DNA of 63,770 nucleotides from Octopus bimaculoides. Lineage: Eukaryota. The translations under genes were made by a program, and so were the position numbers. The notes beneath the pieces were generated by a model. The model did no database searches and was not told the DNA's origin. It worked only from the letters and a program-made list of their open reading frames with translations. The first letter of the stretch is position 1, and every line of letters begins with the position of its first letter. The stretch is taken from assembly GCF_001194135.2 (NCBI RefSeq), contig NC_068982.1, forward strand, positions 148,523,512 through 148,587,281, read 5' to 3'. This document shows, in pieces, positions 25,511-37,675 of this stretch.

Positions 25511-25511
25511 A

Positions 25512-25545
<34 letters not shown>

Positions 25546-25571
25546 TATATGTATGTATATATATGTGTATA

Positions 25572-25620
<49 letters not shown>

Positions 25621-25739
25621 GCACACACACCCACACATATATATATGCATATATACATATATATATGTATATGTACATATATCATCATCACCATCATCAT
25701 TACATATATATATATATATCACTGGTGAAGGCCTCTTTA

Positions 25740-25797
25740 TAGGGTTACCCTGGGTTTCTCCATAAAGTGTACCTCTATGGCGTATCATCAGACCCTA
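25740..25797 (-). ncRNA. Type I hammerhead ribozyme motif
   Basis: UAGGGU-CUGAUGA-UACG-CCAUA..UAUGG-A-GAA-ACCC-A-GGGU-A-ACCCUA. Confidence 0.75.
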
Positions 25798-25819
25798 AGA
25801 CTTGTTGGCCAACAAGTCT

Positions 25820-25879
25820 TAGGGTCTGACGATAAACCATAAAAAGTATCTTCATGGCGAAAGACCCAGGGTAACCCTA
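25820..25879 (+). ncRNA. Type I hammerhead motif (2-nt insertion after GAA)
   Basis: UAGGGU-CUGACGA-UAAA-CCAU..AUGG-C-GAAAG-ACCC-A-GGGU-A-ACCCUA. Confidence 0.6.
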
Positions 25880-25977
25880 TAAACAAGCTTTCACCAGTGA
25901 TAAATATAGACTGCTCTACTTCTTAGATTGTGCTTTTCAGTTTTTATATTTTCCTAAAAAACGATATATATATATAT

Positions 25978-26039
<62 letters not shown>

Positions 26040-26041
<2 letters not shown>

Positions 26042-26190
26042 GAGGCTTCTTTTAGTCTCCATCAGCGATATTCCTCCGAAAAGGCATTGGTCGGCCTATA
26101 ACTATAGCAGAAGGCACTTGCCTAAAGTTCTGTACAGTGAGGACTGAAACCATGCAGTTATGAAGTAAACTTCTTAACCACACCTCTGTG
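26040..26190 (-). mobile_element. SINE family A 5' half (diverged)
   Basis: Homology to other family A copies. Confidence 0.65.
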
Positions 26191-26756
26191 CCTGATTATG
26201 AATATATTTATGTATCAATTTCTTTCTCTAACCCCCACTCCACCCCTTGCTCTTTCTGTAAATCACTTTATTTTGCTGCTGACAAAGCATCTTCTTTACA
26301 AATAGATGTCAGCTAGTCTTTATAGATAAGAAATTTCTCTTGCATCTCTTTTGATTTATTATTTCTATATTAGATAAAATCTATTAAATACTGTTCTAAA
26401 TGAAAAGTTATGATTTAAGATTTTATGATATTTAAAACCCATATGATGAGACATTCCTCTAATGCAATGGCTTAGCATTAATAGTCATCTTAGATTATTT
26501 AGTTAAGAATACTAGAAGATTCCCATTAGTCTCTCTCTCTATCATTCTTTGTGGCTGATTTTAGCAAAAGCATTGTGAAGAATTTCATTTCGGTTTATCA
26601 ATGAGTTCACCATAAATCAAGTGTTTGATAGAAGATGTCAGAAGGAATATATTTTTGCACACCTACGTTCACGCAAATATGGCCGTGATAGATTGACATG
26701 TGGTCTTGAGAGTAGGTATAATAGGAATAATGATTTTTTTAATGAAGCTGTTCTTG

Positions 26757-26837
26757 CTGATGATGATGATGATGATGACGACAACAACAATAACAATGAT
26801 GGTGATAATGATGACAATGGCAATGAAGATGATGACA

Positions 26838-26890
<53 letters not shown>

Positions 26891-26993
26891 AATGATGATG
26901 ATGATGATGATGATGATGACGATGATGACNNNNNNNNNNACAACAATAACAATGATGGTGATAATGATGACAATGGCAATGAAGATGATGACA

Positions 26994-27046
<53 letters not shown>

Positions 27047-27495
27047 AATGATGATGATGATGATGATGATGATGACGATGATGACAATGACAACGATGAT
27101 GACAATGACAACGATAATGATGAAGAGGAGGAGGAGGAGGAGGAGGAGGATGAGAAGGAGGAGGACGGGGACTAGGAGAACGAGGGGGATGAGGAGGACA
27201 AGGAAGGTGGAGAACAAGGCGGAGAGGAGGACGAGGAGGACAACAAGGAGGAAAAGACGAGGAGAGGACAAGGAAGAGGGGAGGACAAGGATGAGGAGGA
27301 GGACGACGACAAATAGGAGGATGATGACAAGGAGGAGGAGGACAATGAGGAGGGCAAGGAAAAGAGGAAGAGGATGAGGAAGATGACAATGACAAGGAGG
27401 AGAGGACACTGCTGTCACTGCTGCCACTACTCATACCACCACTGACAACAACAAGGATGATAGCAAGGCAGTGGTGGTGGTGATGATGATGATGT
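26757..27495. repeat. (GAT)n/(GAG)n low-complexity tract
   Basis: Direct inspection; includes a ~146-bp block repeated across the 10-N gap at 26930. Confidence 0.95.
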
Positions 27496-28066
27496 AGCAT
27501 TACATAAGTAGTGTATAGTTCTTGTCCCTTTGTATATTTTTCTTCAGTTTCTCCCTTTTTAAGACAGTTAACTCTGAGTTGAGGGATATTTGTTTGCTAT
27601 TGCTAACAGGTCAGTTGACCACACAGAGGCTTGTTCATTGGTTTGGCCACTGTAGAATTAAGTTATGGTCAAAATACCAGAAACAGCAAAGAAATAAAAC
27701 ATTTCAATATTTCACTTAAGAGAAACATGGAGATGTTGTTATGTGTGACCAATATTGTATACTCAGCAGGGGATTCATATTGTTAAGTGGTGGGCAGGAT
27801 GGGCTAAATATTCTTAATTAATTCAAATTATGCCCACAGTAAGAAGGAAAAGATCATTCACTTTAATAATTAATTCTGACCAGGGAAAGGTAAAAGATAT
27901 TAACCTGCAGTCTAAATTAAATGTGAATATTTATGTGAACGACGTATTGCAATAAACAAGAGTCTTTCATAATTTTAGTGACACAAAAGTATCGTTAATG
28001 CTCTACAAATCTTCAATTCTGTTCACAACAAGACAAGTAATGTTTAGCTTAATATTCATTAATCAG

Positions 28067-28490
28067 AAGGCAGCGAGCTGGCAGAAACGTTAACACACCA
28101 GGCAAAATGCTCAGCAGTATTTCGTCTGTCTTTATGTTCTGAGTTCAAATTCCGCCGAGGTCGACTTTGCCTTTCATTCTTTCGGGGTCGATAAATTAAG
28201 TACCAGTTGCATACTGGAGAGGGGGGGGTCGATCTAATCGATTGCCTGCCCCGCTTCCCGCAAAATTTCAGGCCTTGTGCTTAGGGTAAAAAAGAATATT
28301 CATTAGTTACACAGCAGCAAGCGGGCAGTATTGTTAGCATGCTGGACAAAATGCTGAGTGGCATTTTATCCATCTTCATGTTCTGATTTAAAATTCGATG
28401 CAGTCATTCATCCTTTCAGTGTTGATAAAATAATTACCTGTCAAGCACTGGGGCTGATAAAATTCCTAGCCTTGTACCAAAATTTGATGC
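28067..28490 (+). mobile_element. Two tandem SINE family B copies
   Basis: ggcagcgagctggcagaaacg...gagttcaaattccgccgaggtcgactttgcctttcat; second, older copy from ~28310. Confidence 0.85.
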
Positions 28491-28683
28491 AAAAACTCAG
28501 TAGTTAGGAGATGAAGGTGAATTCATCTTTTACTTGCTTCAGTCATTGGACAGCAGCCATGCTAGGGCACTACCTTGAAGGTTTTTTAGCTGAATGCATC
28601 AACCTCAGTACATATTTTTAAAATCTGATACTTATTCTATCAGTCTCTTTGACCAAACTGCGAAGTTACCATAATATAAACGA

Positions 28684-29390
28684 ACCCACTACACTCTTGG
28701 AGTGGCTGGCGTTAGGAAAGGCATCCTGCTGTAGAAACTTTGCCAGGTTGGATTGGAGCCTGGTGCTTTTTTACGTGTCATGAGCATGAGGGCCAGTCAG
28801 GCAGTACTGGCATGAACCATGCTCGAATGGTGCTTTTTACACGCCGCTGGCATGGGAGCCAGTCAGGTAGTACTGACAACAATCATGCTCGAATGGTGCC
28901 TCTTACATGTTACTGGCACAGGACCAGTCAGGTGGCACTGGCATCAACCACACTCAAATGGTGCTTTTTACATACCACCGGTATGGGTGCCAATCAGGCA
29001 GTACTGTCACTGCCCATTACAACGACTTCACTTGCCTCAACAGGTTTTTGCAAGTGCAGTTTATTGCCCAATGATTGAAAAGTACTCTTAAATGAGCTGG
29101 TTATGCTGCACTGGCATAGGCCACAGTTACGGTGTCACTTGGCTTGCTGAGTCTTCTCAAGCACAGCATATCTCCAAAGATCTCATTCACTTGTCATCGC
29201 CTCGGTGAGGCCCAGCATTTGAAGGTCATGCTTCACCATCTCATCCCAGGTCTTCTTGGGTCTACCGCTTCCACAGGTTTCCACTACTGCTAGGGTGTGA
29301 CACTTTTTCAGACAGCTGTCCTCATCTATATGCAACACATGACCATACCAGCATAGTCGTCTCTCTTGCATACCACATCTGATGCTTATA
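28684..29390 (-). mobile_element. Rearranged RTE LINE 3' region
   Basis: Minus-strand MQERRLCWYGHVL..GRPKKTWDEMVKHDL plus 3'UTR units (29390 to ~28775); distal 3'UTR piece 28684-28772 is in plus orientation. Confidence 0.85.
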
Positions 29391-29424
29391 TATGATGATG
29401 ATGATGATGATGATGATGATATAT

Positions 29425-29565
29425 ATATCATCATCAGGAATGTGAAACTGAGTAAGAGTTTTAGTGATATTTTTGCTGCTTTTTAATAAAGCATATTAAT
29501 CTACCTCTGGTATTCAAGTACTATTTTTTCCACCTTGTTTCACATTTATGTGTTTACTCTGGTAT
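29425..29565 (+). mobile_element. Penelope-like terminal fragment, same family as 39381-39568
   Basis: Reverse complement of 39381-39510; keeps only gaaactgagta of the hammerhead; ends in (TA)n. Confidence 0.7.
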
Positions 29566-29877
29566 ATATATATATGTATGTATGTATCATATGCGTATGT
29601 TTTAGAACAAAGTGTTTGATGAGTATAGAACAATAATAAGAAAGAGATGATGCAAGAAAAACAATGGTTGCATAATGAACTTCATTAGCTTATGGCCACT
29701 TCTGCTATAAGATGCAGTGAACTCATAGTTGAGTGCCTGAATAATAACTATAGCTTCATTGGAGCCTCAAATATGAAATGCAGTTTATTGGGAATAAAAG
29801 AATTACATTTGTGCAATATACAGGGAAAACAATACCTGTGAGAAAGTCATTACTGATGTATATGCACCAGTAATGAC

Positions 29878-29923
<46 letters not shown>

Positions 29924-29924
<1 letters not shown>

Positions 29925-30028
29925 GGAAGGTCGGTTTATTGGATTACCTTAGGTTTCCCATCCATTAGGGAAACCTAAAGTAATCCCATAAACTGGCCTT
30001 CCCAATTTTTAATATGGGGAAGGCCAGC
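29924..30028. mobile_element. Mini fold-back element with hammerhead 3' half
   Basis: 36-bp arms (29924-29959 / 29968-30003) containing GAAACCUA(A/G)..GUA-AUCC; third partial inverted copy at 30015-30028; (TA)n on the left. Confidence 0.75.
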
Positions 30029-30099
30029 TCTACATCTTAGAGTGTGCTTCTTCTTTAGGATTTATGTTTTTTACAAATGACATATATATACATATATAG

Positions 30100-30124
<25 letters not shown>

Positions 30125-30130
<6 letters not shown>

Positions 30131-30292
30131 ATAGATGCTTTTTTTCTATTTCCATCTACCAAATTCACTTACAAGGCTTTGAAGGTCTGAGGTTATACTA
30201 GAAGATAATTGCTCAAGGTGCCATGCAGTGAGAATGAACACAGTACTACGTGGTCAAAAAGTAAACTTCCTACCACACAACCATGCCTGTGT
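30125..30292 (-). mobile_element. SINE family A 5' half
   Basis: Homology to other family A copies. Confidence 0.7.
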
Positions 30293-30844
30293 GTATGGTA
30301 AGTTAAATGTCTCTTCTCCAAGTGAATATTAGAAATGTTAGAGAGACCAAAAATCATAAGAGAACCGGTAGTTCAGTACTATGAGTTATTATTAGGACAT
30401 ATTTCCATTCATTAGTGTGATGATATAATCAATTGCTTTATCCTGATATCTATTTATAAATGGGGAACTTATAAGTTGTGATATCCATATATTTCCTGAT
30501 AACATTGACACTGTTGAGGAAACCATATCAAGATCCTGATAAAAATTAAGGGCATCTCATAAACAAGGCTGCATTTAAACACTAATATAATGTTAAATGT
30601 TACATATAACACTCTTGTCAGAACAGGGATAGCTCTGTATGTGGTTTCATCCAGTTAAAAACAGCAGTCAAATTACTCTTAAATCAAACCTTACTGTCTT
30701 AGGAAAGATGATATCTAAGTTTACATTGGATTATGTAGTCTTAGACGCATGATACCTGACAAAGAAAGAAGGGAAAAAGATATAGAGTAATGACTAATAC
30801 ATGTTTGATCATAGAAGTGACCAAAGTCAAAATAATAGTAATGA

Positions 30845-31262
30845 TATTGGTCTTTAATTTTGGCACAAGGCCAGCAATTTGGGGGAAGGGCGTAAGTTGA
30901 TTACATCGACCCTCAATGCTCAACTGGTACTTATTTTATCAACCCTGAAAAATGAGAGACAAAGTCAGCCTCAGCAGACTTTGAACTCAGAATGTAAAGA
31001 TGAATGTGATGCCGCTAAGCATTTTGCTTGGCATGCTAAAGAGCACTAATAATATTGGTTTCAAATGTTGACACAAGGCCAGCAATTTCGGGGAAGGAGC
31101 AAATCAATTAAATAGACCCCGTATTCAACTAGTACTTATTTTATCGACCTCGAGAGAACAAAAGTCAAAGTCAACCCCGGCAGCATTTGAACCCAGAACA
31201 TAATGCCACTAAGCAAAATGCTTAGCAGTGTACTAACGACTCTGCCAGCTCTCTGCCTTAAG
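30845..31262 (-). mobile_element. Two tandem SINE family B copies
   Basis: Each has ggcacaaggccagcaattt...gtacttattttatc...aaagtca...tttgaac. Confidence 0.8.
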
Positions 31263-32249
31263 AGCATTATATAACATTCACAGTATAAATGAATTGAAAT
31301 AGATTCTTGATTCAAAACTGCAACATAGAATTAATTCTGCAAGAGCTCTCTTGTTATACCACATAACTCTGTACAAGATATAATACCATACATTATTCTT
31401 TTCACCGTAAAGTTTTAATTCCTAATATTCAGATCACTTGTCTTCAATTTCAAACACTAAAAATAACAATTGCATCAAATTTTATTTTACAAATAAAACT
31501 ACATTTATACTTTAAATACAGTTATAAATACTTGGAAATACAACAGTTAAGATTATCTATGGAAGGAAGAAATACAAATGAATTAAAATTTTTATCACTT
31601 AACCAAAAAGCCAAATACAAAAATACAGTTAAACAAAAAATAGATTACTACAGTAGGTAATAAAAACATTGAATATTTTCATGTAATAAAATCTTTATCA
31701 TTCTTCAAGCATCATTTCATTGCATTTAATTTTCTTAAATATGTCGACGTAGCAAATCTTCATCTGCTTTTCATATAATTTTGCTTGTTCTTTTTTTTTC
31801 ATTATTTCTTGTTTCTTTCTTTCCTTCTTTCTTTCATGTTGTTGTTTTCATAGTAATACTACACAGTAAATTTTAATGACAAACAGGTTTTGTAAACCTG
31901 AAAACTGTGATAAAAACAAAAAAAGAATATTTAAATTATAATGCTATTCATTGAACCTGGAAATGAAATCTCTAATTCTTAAAGTCAATGCCATTAGTCA
32001 TGGAATAGCCTTTCTCACTAATTAACTTATTAATTAGGTTGAATAATCTGATTTTTGATTTCATCTCAACAAAATTACAAATTGTTAGGTTTTAATTTTG
32101 TTTAGTCTTTTGAAAAGCAAAATGTTCTCGTTATATTGTAGGTCTATGTTTTCTTTTTATGATTTTCAAAATAATCAAAACGGTTTTCATTTATTATTTA
32201 TTTTTAACTGGTGATAGTATTCAAAATAATTAGTGGTTTGTTAGAGGAA

Positions 32250-32283
<34 letters not shown>

Positions 32284-32310
32284 GTACATGCACACATATA
32301 CATTTAACGA

Positions 32311-32613
32311 CATTCTAGTAACACCATTTACTGCATCTCCTGCTCTTTCTGCCATTCTCTGTACCTCAGTCAAACAGGATGCCACTTGGCTGACAGGTTC
32401 ACAGAGCACCTCCGAGACATCAGACTCAGCAATGACACCCTGATCTCATACCATTTCCGCTCTACCTGTCATTCACTACAACACATGTCTGTGTTCAGAT
32501 TGTCTTTGCACAGAGGCCATCTGGACTCCTGCCTTCGCCATGAAGAGGAATTAATCTTCTCTCTTCGCTCCTTTACACCACATCGGCTCAACTTCCCTCC
32601 TCTCTTCATCTGA
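32311..32613 (+). mobile_element. Penelope-like element GIY-YIG endonuclease C-terminus
   Basis: Open frame HSSNTIYCISCSFCHSLYLSQTGCHLADRFTEHLRDIR..HFRSTCHSLQHMSV..EEELIFSL; IYC..C..C..Y.G.T..RF.EH pattern. Confidence 0.85.
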
Positions 32614-32614
32614 C

Positions 32615-32764
32615 TCCCCTCCTCTCCTCTCTTCACTCCAGCTCACCTCTCCTCTCTTCACTCCAACTCACCTCTCCTCTCTTCACTCCAACTCACCTCT
32701 CCTCTCTTCACTCCAACTCACCTCTCCTCTCTTCACTCTAACTCACCTCTCCTCTCTTCACTCC
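32615..32764. repeat. 23-bp minisatellite (ctcctctcttcactccaactcac)n
   Basis: At least 6 units running into a gap. Confidence 0.95.
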
Positions 32765-33349
32765 NNNNNNNNNNNNNNNNNNNNNNNNNNNNNNNNNNNN
32801 NNNNNNNNNNNNNNNNNNNNNNNNNNNNNNNNNNNNNNNNNNNNNNNNNNNNNNNNNNNNNNNNNNNNNNNNNNNNNNNNNNNNNNNNNNNNNNNNNNNN
32901 NNNNNNNNNNNNNNNNNNNNNNNNNNNNNNNNNNNNNNNNNNNNNNNNNNNNAGCAACCATCTCTCTTCATTGATACCTCCTTCACCCACCCACCCCCAC
33001 CCTCACTCTCACACACTCCACTCCCACACACCCCACACCAACACCCAATACCCAATAATGTTTAGGGCTCCTTTTCTTGCCTTTCTCTCTGTTAGGGAAA
33101 GCAGTGCTGTGTCTAAATAGACCTGCTTTGTCGCCACTGGAGGACACGGGCAGCACAGTTACTCACAACTTCTATGCTGGAACAACCATCATGCAATGTT
33201 CACCAATTGTGTAGAGATCTAGCAAGAGACTTCCAGTAATATCCTTTGCCTGTCCCTGCCACTTTCACTCTCTTGCCAGAGGATTTTTGATTTTTGCAAG
33301 TTGAATCTGTACTGTATTGAATGAATAAATGCAAGTTGCCAGAAAACCC

Positions 33350-33580
33350 AAAGCGGTGAGCTGGCAGAAACTTTTGCACGGCGAGCAAAGTACTTAGCGG
33401 TATTTCGTCTGCCACTACGTTCTGAGTTCAAATTTCGCAGAGGTCGACTTTGCCTTTCATCCTTTCGGGGTCGATTAAATAAGTACCAGATACACACTGG
33501 GGTCGATATAATCAACTTAATCCGTTTCTCTGTCCTTGTTTGTCCCCTCATGTGTGTAGCCCCTTGTGGGCAAAAAAGAA
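33350..33580 (+). mobile_element. SINE family B (young)
   Basis: Intact tRNA-like head and core. Confidence 0.9.
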
Positions 33581-33697
33581 ATAAAAAAACCCACATATAT
33601 GATTTGATTTAAGTGTTGAAAGCTGGTGTAGAACCACCCAGTGATGATAGAAAAAATATGGTGTACATATGTGTCACAATATAGATATATATTGTGG

Positions 33698-33748
<51 letters not shown>

Positions 33749-33800
33749 GTATGTATATGTATGTATGTATGTATGTATCTATCCATCTATCTATACACTT

Positions 33801-34150
33801 GAGGGTTGGCTGTTAAGTTCATATTCATAGGCTGACCAAGATACTCTCATGGGATCTGACCAAATGGGATTTATTTTTCAACATAGATCTCCTTGTGGTC
33901 TACACACTTCATCTATCCATGTTGTAATGCTTGAATGCCATTGGTGAAGAAGCTATCATCCTGTTCATCGAAAAAGTCGTCAACAGCAGATATGACATCA
34001 TCATCACCGTGCTACTGGTTCCCAGCCAAGTGTTTATTCGTTTTGGGGAGCAGATGATAGTCAGATGGAGCCAAATCTGGAGAATAAGGAGGGTGGGCAA
34101 CCAGTTCAAAGCCACATTCATATAAATCAGCCATTGAAACCAAGGACCTG
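33801..34150 (-). mobile_element. Mariner transposon 3' end
   Basis: GFELVAHPPYSPDLAPSDYHLLP..HLAG..DDDVISAVDDFF..GIQAL..KCV..YVEK*; TIR-like gagggttggctgttaagttc. Confidence 0.92.
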
Positions 34151-34834
34151 GGACCAGGAACATTGTCCCCATGAAACAAGTCCCCATTCATCAGTTTTCC
34201 TGGGCATTTGATCTTGAGAACTTTACATATCTGCCTCAGAAAGGTGGCATAGTTACAAAGTTCATATTGTTGATATCAAATAGAATGTTAACGCAGGTCA
34301 TCGTAGGTAGAATCTAAAGATGAATGAGAAGAAGGAAGGTGTGCAAATAGTCCCTTACAGCTGTTTCAAGAATAGATGTGCCATTGATGCAATTCTTTGC
34401 ATCATTTATTCTCTAAGCTGTAAGGGACTACCTGGACACCTTTCTTCTTATCCAGCTTTAGATTTTACCTATGGATCCCTGCTGTTTTTTATTCAAACCA
34501 TCTATATAATATGAAGCTCTAAAAATTAATTGAGTACTCTTGTAGACTTTTGTCACAGTATATATTTCTTGATGTATTCTGAAAAATAATATATTCACAG
34601 CTCTAATCACAGCTGTGTCTGTGTTTATTAAGCACATTGCCACATGTTGCTATGACAAAACTTGAAAGTGTTGAATAGCTATGAATTTAATATATTTCAT
34701 ATGGGAAACTTATTTTATCAACTCCTGCTTTTCTATCTAGTTTTCTTTCATATTATGTATTATAATGTCTACAATGGTTCCTGTTTTTGTATCATGAGCT
34801 ATCTTTAAAGAAGAATGTCATAAGAGTGAACACA

Positions 34835-35063
34835 TTAACCCTTTTGTTACCAACCCGGCTGAAACTGCCTCTGGTTCTGAGTACAAATGTCTTGTTTTTA
34901 TAAGTTCTAAATTAGAATCTTCCACCAAACCTTAGTCACAATTAATGTTCATAACACTAGTTTAATGATAACTAAGTTATTTTACTAAATTCCTTGTTAT
35001 ATTTAAAATTAATTGAAAGAAACACAGAGCATCTCAACAGAAATATGGTAACGAAAGGGTTAA
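34835..35063. mobile_element. piggyBac-like MITE
   Basis: TTAA|CCCTTTTGTTACCA...TGGTAACGAAAGGG|TTAA. Confidence 0.85.
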
Positions 35064-37017
35064 TGAAAAATAGATACTCCAATACATTAGTAGTGAAGGT
35101 GTATGACGAAGTGGTTCGGCTGTTGCACTTAAGATTTTGTGATTGTGGGTTCAATTCCTGAACTGGGAGGTGCATTCTGTTCTTAAGCAAAAAAAAAAAA
35201 AAAACTACTCTAGTTCTTTCAGTTTTAAATGAGAAACTCTGCCATGGACTAGCATCCCATTCAAGGGAATGAATGTTGTGCACTCGGTTATTTATACACC
35301 ATGGAAAACAGGTAACTGTCCCTATGAGTCCTAGACCCTGAGACTGTAATGCTCAAGGGTTGATGATGACGGTACACCAACTTGTAGAATGACAGACAAA
35401 TTCACCCACTGAAGAATAATCATCATCGTTGTTTAACGTCTGTCTTCCATGCAGGCATGGGTAGGACAGTTGACAGGAGCTGACCAGGTAGAAGACCACA
35501 TGAAGCATGGAAAAAGTATGCTATATGAACCAAATACATTCTAGTTATAAAACAGATGAATATGTCATAAAATAACTCATAAAACTGAACACGACATGTT
35601 TCATACCTAACCACAAACTTACAGAATATATTACAAAACAGAATTAAAAACCTGAAAGCCATAGAATGTACATCAGACAACTAATGATATATATATACCT
35701 CAACGTAAATGTAAAAGTTGCAATGTTCATGACCCAAACTTTTATGTTAGAAACACAAGTATGACACTTTCTCATTGGTTGACCATGCATTTACAACAAG
35801 AAGCCATTACTGTGCATTATAATACAGAACATTAAACAAAACTATGAGTAGATAGAAAAACATTAGCTGATAGCACTACCAGAATATATAGAATTCCATT
35901 AAGTAAACTAGAATACAATTCATGGAAGTTTATTAATAGCCAAAATACAAACCAAAAATCAACACACAGATGCTGTACATATGAAATATACTATGATAGC
36001 AACCTGGGAGTTGACCATTAAACTAATTTTAATCTGATGTTGATTTTTTTTTATTTTTGGTATCAGCATTTTTTCTGGTGATGCCTTGCTAGCTACAACC
36101 AAAAGTGGCATCATTGTACCACTATCATTATTACATTGAGATTTGTCCATTAAGGTCTTGGAGCATTAATGTACTTAGGAAGAGTAATGTTCCAAATTAA
36201 ACAGAAAGAACTAATATGAAAATAAGAAAAAATCTTGACTGGAGAATTTTTTAACTTGATAAAACATATAAATGAGCATGTGTGTAGAGACACAAGCACA
36301 CACATGCATACACACACACATGCAGATGCACGCACATGCTCATACACACACACATGCACACACACACACACACGCATACGCATATGGTTGTGTGGTTAAG
36401 TTGTCTGCTTCTCAAACATATGGTTTTTATTCATTCTCACAGCATAAAGGCTGGTATGGCTCAGTGGTTAAGAAGTTTTTTTTTTCCTAACCATATGGGT
36501 TAGGGTTCAATCCTACTGCATGCAGTATTGAGTGTCTTCTACTAGAATCTTGGACTGGAAACTGACAGTCAAAAATAAGTTGAAATAAATATACAGATAT
36601 GTGTGTGCGTGTGTGTGTGGTGTGTGTGGTGTGTGTGGTGTGTGTGTGTGTGTGTGTGCGTGTGTGTGTTCATAAATATGTGTGAATGTTGATATTCCAA
36701 ATTTGGCAGTCACTAACAAAAGTATTAGATATGTTTACATAACTACAAAATCCTCTGGCAATGAAAATGTTGCACTCTTGAAAACAATATTAAGGTGGAA
36801 AAAGATAGCGCCAAACTAAAGAACTAGGTAATATAAAGTGCTATGTATGAAATAAAACTTCTCACTCTCTCTATATATATATTCTAGTAGCATTCAACCT
36901 TTTGATTATACTGAGCGTCATATCATTTTGTATGAATGTATAAATATGTGTGCATGTGTGTGTGAAAGTTGTTATATTTCACAGATTTAATAATGTAGCA
37001 AATGTATCAATATTTGG

Positions 37018-37355
37018 TCATCATCGTTTAACGTCCGCTTTCCATGGGTTGGATGATTTGACTGAGGACTGGTGAGCCAGATGGCTACACCTGGCTCCAA
37101 TCTGATTTGGCAGAGTTTCTACAGCTGGATGCCCTCCTAATGCCAACCACTCCGAGAATGTAGTGGGTGCTTTTACATGCCACTGACACGAAGGCCAGTC
37201 AGGAGGTACTGGCAATGGCCACGCTCAAAATGGTATATTTTACGTGCCACCCGCACAGGAGCCAGTCCAGTGGTACTGGCAACGAACTCACTCGAATGTC
37301 TTTTCACCTGCCACTGGCACAAGTGCCAGGAAGGCGACATTGGTAGTGCCAGGAA
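37018..37355 (-). mobile_element. RTE LINE 3' end
   Basis: Tail plus about three 3'UTR units. Confidence 0.88.
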
Positions 37356-37461
37356 GGCAACGTTGATCATGAATAAAAACATAATGAAAGAGCTATTAGA
37401 TTGTTGAAATCGGAGTTTACTTGCTAAAACATTATATCTGTAATATGTAACCATTTTAAGG

Positions 37462-37675
37462 CAGCAAGATGGCTGAAACGTTAGCATGCTGAGTGAAATA
37501 CGTAGTGATATTTTGTCTGTCTTTACATTCCAAGTTCAAATTCCATCAAGGTCAGTTTTACTTTTCATCCTTTTGAGATCGATAAATTAAGTACCGGTTG
37601 CATACTGGAGTCGATCTAATTGACTGGCCCCCTCTCCAAAAGTTTCAGGCTTTGTGTCTAGAGCAGAAAAGAATA
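37462..37675 (+). mobile_element. SINE family B
   Basis: Homology to 33350-33580. Confidence 0.8.

Larger units (their letters stand above)
25718..25901. mobile_element. 184-bp palindromic element with a hammerhead motif in each arm
   Basis: Perfect centre ...agacttgttgg|ccaacaagtct... with no spacer; outer arms tcactggtgaa / ttcaccagtga; (TA)n on the left. Confidence 0.85.

Noticed and set aside
26621-27500. Long poly-D/E, poly-M, poly-H and poly-S ORFs
   Set aside because: Trinucleotide microsatellite that is open in several frames on both strands and spans a gap with a duplicated block
31700-31900. Possible minus-strand last exon with AT-rich 3'UTR
   Set aside because: Every frame after the candidate acceptor closes within about 15 codons; no supporting exons
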